Source: Diadema antillarum (taxonomy: Eukaryota). Taken from it: 64,000 nt of DNA. The position numbers and the translations under genes were made by a program. The DNA is taken from the NCBI RefSeq assembly GCF_040938485.1, contig NW_027271028.1, positions 434,001 to 498,000 of the forward strand, read 5' to 3'. The notes beneath the pieces are model-generated. The model was not told the origin of the DNA. It saw only the letters and a program-made list of their open reading frames with translations, and did no database searches. Positions 1-13,400 of the stretch are shown piece by piece (the first letter of the stretch is position 1; the number at the start of each line of letters is the position of its first letter).

Positions 1-179
1 AAATATGCCGAGGTGCATAGTGCAAAGGTATTGGGAGTTTGTGATACAATGAGTTGTGTGTGTCTGATAGAGAATGTATGTTTTATGGTCATGTTTGTTC
101 AATACGCAAAGTACCGGGTCCTTTCTTGCATAATAAGAGTGAATTGAGAAAGCGAAATGATCGAATAATTAGCAACATG

Positions 180-485
180 CAGAGACTCCAACTCTCCCGT
201 TTTCGACGGGAGATCTCCCGCCGAAAGCCCAATTTTGCAAAATCTCCCGTTCTCCCGTTTGAGATTTGATTTCTCCAGCCCTGGCTCTGTGTCTCCCGGT
301 GGAAAGGATTTCTTACTTATTGCTATCGTATGTTGAAAAAAAAAAAAAAAAAAGATAGCACCAGAGAACATCTAGAACCCTAGGAACTTCGCGCTTCGCA
401 CACATCAACTTGGAGTCTCCCGTTTGCCAGGGGTTTCGGGCGGGAGAATCTCCAGATCAGAAGGTGCTTGGGGTTGGAGTCTCTG
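180..485. mobile_element. Non-autonomous DNA transposon (MITE) with 13-bp TIR CAGAGACTCCAAC
   Basis: Perfect inverted repeats at 180-192 and 473-485; AACATG on both flanks (174-179, 486-491); repeated TCTCCCG subterminal motifs. Confidence 0.75.
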
Positions 486-790
486 AACATGTTCTAATCG
501 TCAGATGTGTATTGATTTAACATTATTAATCGTTAATCTTGTCAGTCTCTTGCAGGTTATTTTGATTGCGTATTTTGCAGCCTCTTGATTTCATTTCTAA
601 ACATTTTGTATTCATCAATCATTTCCCTTTGTCTTGTTGTGTCTGTTTGTTCGTACCCGTGTATGTTTGTATGTGTACGTTCTAGTGTCTCATTTTCTCT
701 ATTTCATGTCTGTGTAATGCAAATGGATAGTACCCGTCATGATGTCTTACAAACGGTTTGCTTTCTTGACTTTTTGTGGCTCTCGTGTAG

Positions 791-922
791 CTGTTCCTGA
801 TGCTCCATCTCGGCCCAAAATCCCACTTGTCTCGGCCCATGAAGCTTTCGTCACCTGGAAGATGAGCAACCCGCCCAAGAAGGATGATCTTGAGGGATAT
901 TTGTTGCAGTGTAGGAAAGCAG
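791..922 (+). CDS. OBSCN: Obscurin-like exon: FN3 N-half (VPDAPSRPKIPLVSAHEAFVTW...GYLLQCRKA)
   Basis: tgtag| acceptor at 789-790; cag|gtcaga donor at 923; FN3 P..P, W and Y pattern; phase 1-1. Confidence 0.85.
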
Positions 923-3900
923 GTCAGAGTTTAGTTGCCTTCTTCTCATCACATCAAGTTTCCATGATACACAATTACATGTATGTATGATTTACAAGCG
1001 GTGAACGTGATCGTGTCTGTACCATACTACGATATATCATTGGTTATGATACCCGATTGTTCAGTCTTCAATTGTCAAAACTTGGATATCAACGACATTC
1101 CACTTATCTTTCAGTTTTGATGTCTTACTTCAATGATTGAAAATTAGATAATAGCTTTCATCACTTTCTTTTTTTCTTCGGCATTGTCAGAGAACAATAC
1201 AATAGTCACAAAAACACAAGCGTGGTACAAGAGTGTAAGAAGCTAGGCTTTCCCTGGTGATGCCTGATTTCTTAGGATGTAAACACCCCAACAATTAGAA
1301 CTCTGTATCAAAGGAATCATTTAACATTCGGACGAGTAAACAACTTCAGCCTTACACGCCTAGCAGTACTTGGTGTTCATGCATCCATTATCCTTTCATG
1401 AAGCTAAAGACCATTCGTAACTAAATATACGTATATATTAATTATCTGTTTAAAAGAAAAAAAATGAATGTACATGTAGAGAATGTGCTTTCTTTTCACA
1501 ATAAAGTGCATTCCGGGAAAGCAGTGGTCTGTTTCACGACAGCCGTATAAGAGACCTTTCCCTCATAAGACACACTTATGAGAGACTTCATAAAATGGAT
1601 TTTACTTCTCTTTGAAAGTCTCTCATAGCTACAAATGAGCGACTTTGGCCATACTGACATTTATGTATAGACTTTTATGTGATGACTTCATGAAACGGAC
1701 CCTAGGACAGGGGTCAGGGAATGCGGCAACATTAAAAGCTATGATGAAGCGCATTATAACGAATTATAGTAAGATTTTGAATATTGAGCATGTGCATATC
1801 AATTTGATTTGATTTGTGTTCGCTACGGAAGTATAACTGACTTACACAGCCAAAGGGACCTATGACTTTATGTCCCTTCCGAAAGACTATAGTTGTTCAT
1901 CTTTTTCAATACAAGTACTGATTCTTGACTAGTTTTTGAAGGTTTGACTAATTATCGTAACAATCATAACGATCCTTACTACACACAGGTGACAAGCAGT
2001 GGCTTGTGGTATCGGACGTGATCAAGGAGTGCAACTTCCATGTTAAGTCATTGAGCCCCGAGAACGAGTACCGCTTTCGTGTGGCATGTCGCAGCCCGCA
2101 CGGCCCCGGGCCGTTCAGCAAATCTTCCGTGCAATTCAAAACACTCCCCGAGGGTAAGTACAGTCTCACACAATGTTTTCAAGAGTTGATTGTACTAGCG
2201 TTTATAAATGCTATATAAGCAATGAACTTTAGAGAGTACTGCAGTATTACTTTACAGGGGTCGCGTCATTTTGGGCGTGTGTGTGTCTTTGTATTTTTGT
2301 GCTTGTGTGTGTGTATGTGGGGGTGTCAAGGGTCAATCCCCCCCCCCCCCCCGTTCGGCGGCCCTTGTTCGAGAGTTAAAGCACAGCTTAACAACTTAAC
2401 GATAAGCCATTTATTTCATTCGAAACAATATATCAAGTTAATTTTTGTTACTATTCATTCAATGTTGTTAATTGCCTGAAACGAAATGGTACATTAATGA
2501 CCCATACTGGACAACCCGTCCTTTTTTTTCTGTCAAAAGATCGATTTCACCTGTATCAAAACTGGTGGAGGGGCGAAGATGACGAGAAAATGCTCACTTT
2601 TTGCACTGCCATCACGATTTCTACTTTTGTTCACCTGCAGGAGCCGAACCTCTCAACATGGAATCGATCACAAAGCTCCAGCATTCAAGAACCAGGTCCT
2701 TGTCGCGAGAGAGGCACAATTCGCGGGACCTGGTCCTCTCGGATCTCATCGACGACGAGGACCTGGGACCACTGGACCTATCTCTCAAGACATCCGTCAT
2801 GCCTCAGAAGATTTACGAGATGCAGGAGGAAATTGGCAGGTGGGATTATTGATAGACTGGTGAATCAATGGATCGATTGATNNNNNNNNNNNNNNNNNNN
2901 NNNNNNNNNNNNNNNNNNNNNNNNNNNNNNNNNNNNNNNNNNNNNNNNNNNNNNNNNNNNNNNNNNNNNNNNNNNNNNNNNNNNNNNNNNNNNNNNNNNN
3001 NNNNNNNNNNNNNNTTTATTGGTTGATTAAATAACTGATTGACTGGCGAATTGAATGAATTGGTCATTCACTTCTTTCCCTATTCCTATTCATACTGATA
3101 TATTCATTGATTGATTGCTTGACTGATCGATGTATCGATTAAATTATTCTTGCAAAAGATATATGTGTTAGTAATCTTGAAAGACTGCTGTCGATCTCTA
3201 CTCGTAGTAATAAGTCAGAACGTTCCCCTTTTTATCCTAATGACAGAGGGCGCTACTCGGTGATAATGCGATGCCGGCGGGCGGCCACATGTAAGGAGTA
3301 CGCTGTGAAGATCTTGGCTTACACGAAGAAGACACAGGACAAGTGCCTAGCCGAGTACGAGCTCCTCAAGGAACTCTCCCACCCACACATCCTCCAGCTT
3401 CGCGATGCCTTCCTCACCAACCGACACGTCATGCTCATCACAGAGCGCTACTACGGCGGCTCCGTGCTCAAGTATCTCACCAAAGACGAATCTTACTCTG
3501 AACCAACCGTCGTCAGGATAGTCGCACAGGTAAACCTCCCTAAAAGCACCTTAAACATGACGTGATGAGGTTCGAGGTACTAACTATTGAGATGATGATA
3601 ACGCCAATGCACCTTTTTGATCTAGACAAGGAACCTAGGTGACCTTATACCAGGTGTCCTTCTCACAGCACATTTTTAGCTTCCTCCAATCTTCTGTACC
3701 TACTATCGATGGAAAAAGTATCGCCAGCGACATGCTGCCTGGCTGCTGCAAACTATATAAAAAGAAATGGCATGAATAGAAGATTTTTGCTCACATTTAG
3801 AAAGATGTAAAATCACAGATGGAAAACCTGTTATGCAGACAATAATATCGCAACTCATAACTAAAAACATGCAAGAAATAAGAAAGAAATTCTATTCTCT

Positions 3901-6900
3901 GCTTAACACCACAGGTGCTATGAAACCGACGTACATACTGCGCTACTTTCGTTTTTTAAAATTCTCATCCTAAATTTGACTTCAAATCAAAAAGGATGTA
4001 AAAGCTTAAGAATCTGCTTCTCAAGCTTTTTAGTATTTGCGTATTTCTACCATGTCTCTTTCAATTTTACTGTTGTCTTAGAGGTTGATGATGTATGGGT
4101 TTACTGTCATCTTTATGTTAATAGCAGGTCGCTGCTACTACTACAAACTGTGACGGAGTTCTGAATAACTCGTCCATTGTTAATTCGGTACCAGTTTTTA
4201 CCACTTACCCTCCTCACCGAATGACGATGATTTCAGATCTTAGACGCCTTGGAGCATTTACACGTGATGAACGTGGTCTACCTCGACCTCCGACACGACA
4301 ACGTCATGATGGAAAGTCGACGGAAAGACGTCGTGCGCCTCATCGACTTCGGGTCGTGTCGCGTGATCAAGAAAGACGGAGGACAAAAGATGAAGAATAT
4401 TGACGTGCTGCCGGAATTCCTGGGTGAGTTAAAAAAAAAAAACAGTCCCGGCCAGTTCATGTTTAGTCTCCTTTTGATGTTAGTTTTCTTGCAAATTCGG
4501 TAGTAATGAATTGTGGTACTGGCGTGGACGCACAGTCGCACAATATAATCGTGTTTAAGTACGTTGATTTCCAACCAGTTGTTCGTAAAATAGAGACTAA
4601 TATACTTTACCCTCTATTTGACATGAAAGAGTTTCACTGAAAATATCTCACCGAGTGTAATCCTTTTGAAATACTTACTTACACCACAGGAATAGATGTA
4701 TTCGAATATACTGCAATTATATAGTTTCAGCCCATAACAGTCATAGCAGTTATTTGAGGAGAAATGACTAATTTTCTAATCTGTACTTGCGCTCATGTCA
4801 AATTTCTATTCCATCCGTCCATTTTTTTTATATTGATAGATATAGGGATAAATAATTAATGAATAAATGGATGGACAATTAGATAGACAGAAAGAAAGAT
4901 ATAAAATTGAATTGATAGATAGGTAGCTTGAAAGAAAAATAGATAAAATGCATATCCTATACATTCATAGTTATGCAGCAAGAACAGAATACATAGATGG
5001 ATAGAGAGATAGATACATGAATATTTTTTCCTGCTTGTCTGTAGCTCCTGAACTGGTGGTAAAAGGAGGGTTAATTGACTACGAGACCGACCTCTGGCCG
5101 TTGGGAGTTATGGTCTTCACGTGGTAAGTTCTTGGAGAGGAAAGACAGAATTACCGTTTAATATGTTTCCACACCGTGTTTCCTCATGGTGCAGCAGACG
5201 ATCAAACGTGATCTTTTAGAGTATTGGCCTAAGAGCATGCCATACTATTACACGTTGTTGTTGTTCTTGTTGTTGTTGTTGTTATTATTATTATTGTTGT
5301 TGTTGTTGTTGTTATTTTGGATTTATTTGGCGTTTATAATTCCCCTAAGCATATTTACGCCAAATCTGTATTTGTAATGTTACTTTCAATTCCCAATGTT
5401 ACCCTACATTATTTTTATTTTATTATGAATAATTCAAAATATGATCTGTAATGTAATTATCAAATAACAGTCTTCCTCACTAGCCTCTCAGTTCGAGTTG
5501 CCCGATCGACCATCGTATTTTTGGGGTGCCAGCCCGGCTCGGTACCTTGAGCAGGCTTCTCAGCAAGGACGGGTCGAGGGGGTACCTCCCTCGAGGTAGT
5601 CATAGTCTTTACTCAAGTCGTTGCCATGCTGTGCTCCTGAATATTTACTCACAAGGTATCATGATTGTACTAAATAAAATGACATGCATTCTCACTCAGT
5701 GGACATGTATTCGAGCTCTATTGGTTACACTGAGCGAGTATATTCTGCCAGACAGTGAATGCTAGATAGTATCTTGTTATTGAAGAAGATTTTTTTTTTC
5801 TGTCCTTAGGTTGAGTGGCATCACTCCCTTCCTGGGTAGAAATCATGAGAAGACGGTGTATAACGTGACCAGAGTGAAGTACAACCTAGCCAGTCTCTTT
5901 CCTAATGTCAGCGAGGAAGCCAAACAATTCGTCCAAGCCATCCTCAAGGAGAAACCCATGTGAGTTNNNNNNNNNNNNNNNNNNNNNNNNNNNNNNNNNN
6001 NNNNNNNNNNNNNNNNNNNNNNNNNNNNNNNNNNNNNNNNNNNNNNNNNNNNNNNNNNNNNNNNNNNNNNNNNNNNNNNNNNNNNNNNNNNNNNNNNNNN
6101 NNNNNNNNNNNNNNNNNNNNNNNNNNNNNNNNNNNNNNNNNNNNNNNNNNNNNNNNNNNTCCTTTCAATATCCTCATCCTCCTTCTCCCCTTGCTTCTCC
6201 TTCGTCATCTTCTTTAATCTCTCATCCTCCATCTCCTTCCCCTATATGTGGGGGCGCTGTGGCATAGTGGATAAGACTAACGACTCCCGATCGAGGACCA
6301 GCCCAGTGCTAACGTCCTTGGGCAAGATGTTTTTACACACCTGACACGTCCTTCTCAACCCAGGTGTATAAATGGGTACTTGCAATGCTAGGGTAATGAC
6401 AATGGTAGGGCCTTCTGGTAGAGCAGTGGTAACACTGTGAAGAGTGAAGAGGCTAACNNNNNNNNNNNNNNNNNNNNNNNNNNNNNNNNNNNNNNNNNNN
6501 NNNNNNNNNNNNNNNNNNNNNNNNNNNNNNNNNNNNNNNNNNNNNNNNNNNNNNNNNNNNNNNNNNNNNNNNNNNNNNNNNNNNNNNNNNNNNNNNTTAT
6601 GATTATTATCATTATCATCTCCTTTGTCTACTTCTTGCTTATCTTCTCATTTTCCTCATCTTTTCATCTTCTTCCTATCTTATTCATCTATCATTCTTGT
6701 CTTCTTGTCTTCCCCACTATTTCTCCTCTTCAATTTCTCCACCTCCCCATGTTTCATCCTCTTTTTTTATCCTATTAATAATAATAATGATAATAATTGA
6801 TATGATTTATATAGCGCCAAATCCAATCTGCAGAGTGCTCTAGGCGCGGAAGGAAGAGAGAGTGAAGGAGATAAAAGACATACAAATATCAAGTACATGT

Positions 6901-7420
6901 AATGAGTAGTCAAATTGAGGCTTTAAACAAGTGAGTTTTTAGACTGCTTTTAAAGGAGTCTGATGAAGAACAATTTTTTTTACGGCTGAAGGTAAGTTAT
7001 TCCATAAGGTGGGAGCAGCATGGTCAAAGGCACGTGTACCCCATAGTGTAGTGAATTTTGGAATTATCAGAGAACCGGAGTTGGATGAGCGTAGAGATCT
7101 AGCAGGGATGTAATTATTACATATATTAACTATTCCTCTTTCCTCCTTGACATGTTCCTGTAGTGTGAGAGGACTGATGTTTTTTTTTTCCTCCATTTCT
7201 CCTTCTTGTTATAAGGGATCGCCCGACGGTAGCGCAGTGTCTTGAGCACGACTGGGTGAAGAGCATCAACCGGCCTGGTGCCGCCCAGTCCCGGTCCTTC
7301 CCGAGTGAGCGACTGGCCACCTACCGCAACAACTACATCCTAAGACAGCAACAAACGTGTACAGCGGACAACGTGACGCTGAGAACGTACGGCAGCGGTG
7401 ATGACGCCGATGAGTCGTAA
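791..7420 (+). CDS. OBSCN: 3' part (8 exons) of an obscurin/SPEG/UNC-89-like giant muscle protein kinase: FN3, linker, kinase 2, tail; 5' part outside the window
   Basis: Exons 791-922, 1989-2153, 2641-2839, 3247-3529, 4237-4423, 5045-5123, 5810-5959 and 7216-7420 all have AG/GT boundaries. Phases chain (1,1,1,2,0,1,2,2) over 1400 nt to TAA at 7418-7420. The motifs EEIGRGRYSVI, YAVK, YLDLRHDN, DFG, EFLAPE and SFPSERL...TLRTY resemble the second kinase of obscurin/SPEG as recalled. OBSCN versus SPEG orthology is not resolved. Confidence 0.85.
1526..1701. mobile_element. Short MITE-like element
   Basis: GGTCTGTTTCACGA (1526-1539) versus the reverse complement of TCATGAAACGGACC (1688-1701): 12/14 match; no clear TSD. 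Confidence 0.45.
1800..1890 (-). mobile_element. SINE 3' fragment
   Basis: gtctttcggaagggacataaagtcataggtccc on the - strand resembles the element at 62455-62700; short (ATCAA)n-like tail. Confidence 0.4.
1989..2153 (+). CDS. OBSCN: Obscurin-like exon: FN3 C-half (DKQWLVV...LSPENEYRFRVACRSPHGPGPFS)
   Basis: cacag| acceptor; gag g|gtaagt donor at 2154; FN3 L.P..EY.FRV.A....G motif. Confidence 0.92.
2641..2839 (+). CDS. OBSCN: Obscurin-like exon: linker and start of kinase (…IYEMQEEIGR)
   Basis: ctgcag| acceptor at 2639-2640; ag|gtggga donor at 2840; phase 1-2 in frame with both neighbours. Confidence 0.9.
3247..3529 (+). CDS. OBSCN: Obscurin-like exon: kinase N-lobe (GRYSVI...YAVK...HPHILQL)
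   Basis: gacag| acceptor; cag|gtaaac donor at 3530; kinase subdomains I-V. Confidence 0.95.
4237..4423 (+). CDS. OBSCN: Obscurin-like exon: catalytic loop and activation segment (YLDLRHDN...DFG...LPEFL)
   Basis: tttcag| acceptor; g|gtgagt donor at 4424. Confidence 0.95.
5045..5123 (+). CDS. OBSCN: Obscurin-like exon: APE...TDLWPLGV
   Basis: ctgtag| acceptor at 5043-5044; tg|gtaagt donor at 5124; kinase subdomains VIII-IX; absent from the ORF track. Confidence 0.93.
5255..5315. repeat. (GTT/ATT)n microsatellite
   Basis: Seen directly. Confidence 0.9.
5810..5959 (+). CDS. OBSCN: Obscurin-like exon: LSGITPFLG...SEEAKQFVQAILKEKP
   Basis: ccttag| acceptor; at|gtgagt donor at 5960; kinase subdomains X-XI. 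Confidence 0.93.
6250..6457 (+). mobile_element. tRNA-derived SINE running into an N gap
   Basis: A-box TGGCATAGTGG at 6260-6270; core tccttgggcaagatgttttta...acccaggtgtataaatgggtac shared with the copy at 60599. Confidence 0.8.
6775..7125 (-). mobile_element. 5'-truncated L2/CR1-group LINE 3' end
   Basis: - strand translation YIPARSLRSSNSGSLIIPKFTTLWGTRAFDHAAPTLWNNLPSAVK is a typical ORF2 C-terminus; (TAT)n tail near 6775-6800. Confidence 0.8.
7216..7420 (+). CDS. OBSCN: Obscurin-like terminal coding exon: DRPTVAQCLEHDWV...SFPSERL...TLRTYGSGDDADES*
   Basis: ttataag| acceptor at 7214-7215; in frame after the phase-2 junction (ATG); kinase end R.T..CL.H.W followed by TAA. Confidence 0.9.
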
Positions 7421-10400
7421 TGGTTGTGGACACCGGCTGTATCATAGTTGATTTCTCCATATTTTGGTGTATCATAAATATATTATCTATCACCTGCAAA
7501 CAGACATTATTTTTCCTCCTTGTGTGAATGCGAGAGTGAATGAGTGGAATGGATAACTTGTATAACACATAACTCAGATTCATGGAGAAGACTGGAAACG
7601 TGTCTTTTCACGAATGTAAAATGACTGAATTTCAGTCATCGACACTATAGGCAATACACAGGCAAACGGAATTGATGCTTTAAAAATTAAAATTTCCCAG
7701 GTTTCGGATCTATACAACATACTTCAGGTTGATGCTATGAAATTTTAGGATACCAGGATATTTAGAAACAAAAGTAGTTTGGTTACTCTCTGACTGATAA
7801 TCTTGGTGTATCTGTAACCGTCATCTACTTTTACTATAGCTCAAATCCACTTCGTTCATCTGATATCTAAGTCTTGTTAGTTGTTGTTGGAACTTCATTT
7901 GCCGATAATCATACGGCACAAACAATGTGAAAATTACTGAGTTATGTATATTTCACTTGTTTTCAAGAAATTTAAAGAGGTATGCCAATGCTTTTGAAAC
8001 ACAATACAGCTATGGCATATTCAATTTAGGTATATTGTTAATTCATAAATGTATCAGTCAACAAAAAAAAAACATGGCGGATTGTGGTGCCAAGTTTGAG
8101 GGTAATGTACCTTCCTCATAGAGGTCTCATGCTATTTAAGTCTTTTTCATAATTTTGTACATGTATGTCAAGTTTCTGATGTAGAGAATATTAGCAGAAA
8201 TTGATTTCTGGACAAAGACATGAAAAAATGAAAATTTGATAAATAAAAGTATTATATCGTTAAGTCCTTTGTAGTTCTGTGTTAACAATTATAATGTTAA
8301 AACGAAATTCTCCTCTCTCTCTCATTTTGTTATTATTATCATTTACTTTGAGAAAATTGATACCAAACTTAATATATAGGAAACTTGTGCAATGGTGATA
8401 TTGATTCGATGGAGACTGTTTTTGTGAAAAATTTTTCATCAAGTATTTTATGGAAGGTACATGTACTTATTTGCTGTGACATAATTATTTTCACCAGATT
8501 GTCTCTAGAAATGACATGCTCTTGTCAGAAGGAGATAATTGTATATTTTTCACTTACAGTGTACATCAGGTGTTTGCAGTCGATAAGTTATTTCCTTCGT
8601 AGTTTTGATAGCAGGCACTGGCAGGCATGGCAGGTGAGACTGTACTTGCTGAAATCAGCTACGGTTACCATGGTTACATAAAAAAGAAAGAAAGCTGCTT
8701 GTGTATAAAGAATGAAGGCATTTAGTCTTATTACTTGATCTTAAATAGTGGGTCATATGGTACTGCTTCGGCTCTTGGCATTGACATAAACATAGGTTAT
8801 TACCATTTACAAGCATATGAATAAGCTGGGGGGGGAGAAGAAATGAGCAACAAAGCAATCGTTATGTTAAATCTCATGTTTACATTTTTATGAGGTTATT
8901 AGTAACTATTGGCAGTTCCTTTGATATATGTGCATATATATATATAACTAGAATGATAAACTTTCAAAACGGCTAGATCGCTCAGCTGTGTTGATAAATT
9001 CTTTATAATATCATCTCAAACAACAGGGATCGAGTTGTAAAAAAATTACGTTGTTAGCGTCCGTAACCAACATCCCTATTTGAATACATACTCAATAATA
9101 AGTTTATTTTAAGGGAATTATTTTTTGATCGATATTCGCTTGGAAATTCTCAACACCAAAATTCCGATTACAGCTTTAACAAATGTGTTTTCAAAGCGTG
9201 TGTGTGTGTAAGGGAGAAGCACTTTGTTACTATCCATGCAAAACCTAGCATAGTTCTGTATCACCTCTGGAATAGTTTACCATTCATTGGACCTGGTTCA
9301 TGTTAGCACTTTGTTGGAAAAGGAACGGGTTAAGAACGATACTGTATTCCCTTCTTTCAGTGGTATCGAAATGACGGTTTACCATGCATGTTGCATTGAG
9401 TGATAAAGGTGTGATTTGTGGAGAAATTATACCCTGTGTTATTGATTATGATTGTTTCGCTTTGAGGGTTTGATTGATGTGATTTACTGGAACTATTCTT
9501 ACCAAAGTCTAAAAAAAAAAGATATAAGGAGGAGAGAAAATTCATCTGTATATATATTTTGCGTGTTCTCTTTCTTTTTTCTTTTTCTTTTCATATTCAA
9601 GTGTAACAAGGTATCACGAAGAATTTATTGCGTGTACATTCCCCTTGTCGGGATAAGAATAAGGAAAAGTAACACCAATACCGAATAAACAAAAATTCTT
9701 GGAATTCAAAATGAAATGAAAGTACTGATGTGTTAGATGAGCTTACTATAAAGTGGCAGATGGGTTAGATCCGTTGAAAATGTCATGAATATTTGCTTTC
9801 ATTCATTATGTACAGCTCATGTAATTTTAAGAGAGTAATTTGTGTAAATATTTTTTCATCGTAACGCAAACAATTTTCGTTATCCAAAGCTTGACTCGGT
9901 GTGAATGCAGATAATTTAATGAAAGTTGCAAATATCTTGGCTTTGCAATTATGCTGCAGCAGAGTTTTATCTCTTCGGCTTGCGTATCTTTCAACACCTC
10001 TCCTATCTAACTCTCTAACAGACAATAATATGTTGAAGTCTGAAATTCATGAAACTTCGTAAAAATAGCATGAAATTGCTTTCTCTCGTAACAGTAAATG
10101 ATACTCACTAGAGCAGACATACGTTGATGTTTCACAACAAGTTATTGTGGCATTTTGAGGGCTTTTTTCTTAATCTGTAAGGGGGAGTACATTAAGAAAA
10201 GAGCGAATCCGTAGGATTTTCACCATTAAATTCTTTTTTTTTAACGTAATCATGGTTATCAGATGATAGCCTGATTTTATTCCACTGATTTCTTAAAGAA
10301 ACGAAATATAAACATTTGGTAAGTGCGTGTTCTGATTATGTAAGGATGTGAAAGAAAACTGTCATGTGTTTTGCTTTGTATTTGAAAAGATTGGAGAGAC

Positions 10401-13400
10401 ATATTGCTTCATGGTAGAGAATAAACCCTAAATCAGAGTCCAGCAATTGTACTCAATGTTTACGACAGACTTTGCAGGTTTTAATAGAAGAACCTTCAGT
10501 TAGTAGTTGGCACTGACGTTCGAAGTGATCATTTTCTTTTCACGAAACGAAGAAAACAAACATTCTTTTACGCAGATTCTCCTGTTCTTTTTATGGTGAA
10601 TTATTGATTAGATAATCATTGTACATGTAAGGCCTACTCGTTTTCTTGAAAAACGCAAATTAGAGTGAAGTCCCTAAGCCTTGATTTGATTCGATTGGGT
10701 AACACAAATTTTGACGAGAATTCTCCGTATACGGTACTCTGTTTTCTTCTCGGTCTTTAATGTACATGCTTTCGTTTTTGAAAAATAAAGAAATATTCGA
10801 ATTCGGGGGTTGCAATTAAACTGGTTCATTTTACCGTGAGAGGTACTCAAGAATTTTCGTCTTGCACTTAAAAGAACTATTTCTTTTATTTTTACCCTTA
10901 CTTCTGCAACACAGGTATTTTAGACATGAATATAGTAATTACAGCGTCGATACAAGTTAGTCATGGTACTAGTAATCAAAGCAATTTGTTTTACTGTATA
11001 ATACATCGCCACAGAGTTTTCGTTCTCATTTAATCGGACATTGTGGCTGGCTGTGACAACGATGTCATAATAATCATCCCAGGTACAAAAGTTTGTAATT
11101 GCTCTTGTCAGAAAGGAGTGCACCTTTTGGTTGCATATTAATAAACAGAGAGCTGGTCAAGTCGCCGTCACACCAATAGTGCCCCCACCGGCCATTGCCG
11201 TACAGCTTATTTCGAACCCCTAAATTCTGTGATTCACTTCAATGTGTATAATTATGTTCTGACTGATTTATTCCGTGTCTACATTTCATTTTCTGCTCCA
11301 TATTTACTCATAGATCATTGACAAACTTCGTGTGTTTTGCTGCGTAAGCTCTTTTTGAATGCCAACAAATTCTTACCAAGCAATGATCATGTAATATTAT
11401 CATGTCAAAAAAAAAAAACATGATTGATTTCGAATCTTTGAAACATAGTACAGTATTTGTCATGTCTGGGCACCCTTTTGCAATCAATGTTAGCACTATA
11501 CACACACATTTGATTGGAATTGGGTGGATTGGAGAATTGAGGTGTTAATGGTAGAGCTATCAGATCGGATTCACCTCCAAATCTGAGTCTGACTTTAATC
11601 AGTGACGGCGTTGATTATTGGAAGTGATTTCAAATGTTCGGGGTAATAATCGATGCACTGATTTAGTCAGACACTTCACGACACGAGTATTCACTGAGAC
11701 GATAACCCTCGTATTTTCTGCACACAACCTATTCTCATTTGTTAATGGCTGCCATGCGTTAACCCATCTTTTTTTCTATATTTTGCTTTGTTTTTGTCAT
11801 TCTAAAGGCTTAATATACATGTTGAATATAGAGAAAGCAATGTCATTTCAACGGGGGAAGAATTAGGCCAATGAATATGATTTTCCTTCTCTTTGTATAT
11901 GTAGCCAATACACCATAGTCACTTTTTGTTTAATAGACAGTCTAAGCTTCTGCCAAGACACGACTTGAATTTTCTGCCTCTTGTTACAGTTAATTAAATG
12001 AGATTCGTAAGAGATTGTTGAGGTCTAATAAATTTGACTCTTCAAGAAACGCAGAAACTGTAAGTTGTCTATTCTTCGTCTAGTGCCAGTTATGTTTAAG
12101 CACTGTGAACAGTAGCCTTTTGTCAAGGCGCTTTTTGGATCTCGTCTTCTCAAGCCGTGATATTCCCACCATCCACTTTCCACATGCAAGGAGCTCTTGA
12201 AATGAGCAAATGGTGGATCGTCAAAGAGAATGCCGACAGGATGAGACACCAATGTTCGGAGAGATCATAGCTACGAGCGCCTTGATCGAAGGTTATATAT
12301 CAATATACCATATCGAGGCAGATACAATACAGCATACCAGTGACATGATCGTGTTATGCCATAAGCACAACATAATTATGNNNNNNNNNNNNNNNNNNNN
12401 NNNNNNNNNNNNNNNNNNNNNNNNNNNNNNNNNNNNNNNNNNNNNNNNNNNNNNNNNNNNNNNNNNNNNNNNNNNNNNNNNNNNNNNNNNNNNNNNNNNN
12501 NNNNNNNNNNNNNNNNNNNNNNNNNNNNNNCCTGAAGCTGCAACAACTTACGCAGAACTGACTTCCCAGATTACTCACAAAGACCTGAAGTACTACTGGC
12601 TTGACAAAATGTAAAGCCATGATGCAGATTTTTGTCGTTCCTTTTGTTCCTTTGGTTTCAAACAAAACTTGAAATTTGGCTTGAGTAATTTTCACGGAAT
12701 TTAAGTTTACATCAAAAATGTAAATGAATTTAAGAGAATCGTTATTTTTTTGTATAAGACAATTGTGTTTTCCTTCCACATTTTTTTTTCAGGCATGAAT
12801 AAAGACGCATGTCACCAATTGTTTCGTTCCTCCACGTATATCTGTATATTATTCTATCACATGTTAAAATCTATAATCAAAACATCCAGTGTTTGAATTG
12901 AAATTTACATGTGTGTCATAAGAATGATTCGAGAAAAGTAGATTCCTACAATTAAAACATGCTTAATTTCCCTTTAAACTTCCATTACGGTCTGAGATTT
13001 TGATAATATTAATCTTGACTAGGTGAGGGTAATTTAACTTGCCGTACATATCAACCATTATAAAGACTGTATGTTTTTTGAGGTTTTTTTTTTTCTCGAA
13101 ATGATGCTGTTAAACAGAACGGACAATAATCAATGTCCATTCCCCCCCCCCCCTTCCTATCATTATCTACTTTCAGTCGGATGTAGATATGATATCACGT
13201 GAAAAGAAATAGGTACGACGTTACAAAATGTCTAAATAGACATTTATTCCAAACTGGATATAATATACACAGTATTTTCAAAATTACATTTCTATCTAAT
13301 AAATAGGCACATATTGAATGTATACAAGTATAAAGATGACTATACAACCGCGACAGGTAGATATGTCATAGCCGAGGGCTTGGGGGTCAAGGCGAGAGCT

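Noticed and set aside
2255-2367. Small CAGGGG...CCCTTG MITE
   Set aside because: The TIR matches only 8/10 and there is no TSD; plausible but unsupported.
2497-2880. Alternative-frame ORFs over the obscurin linker exon
   Set aside because: Only the 2601-frame reading is in phase with the flanking exons.
6250-6310. tRNA gene (also at 60599-60665)
   Set aside because: No complete cloverleaf, and the sequence continues into a shared SINE body and tail.
12025-12252. 75-aa - strand ORF as a possible alternative MLCK terminal exon
   Set aside because: No Ig or other motif, and no convincing in-phase acceptor.
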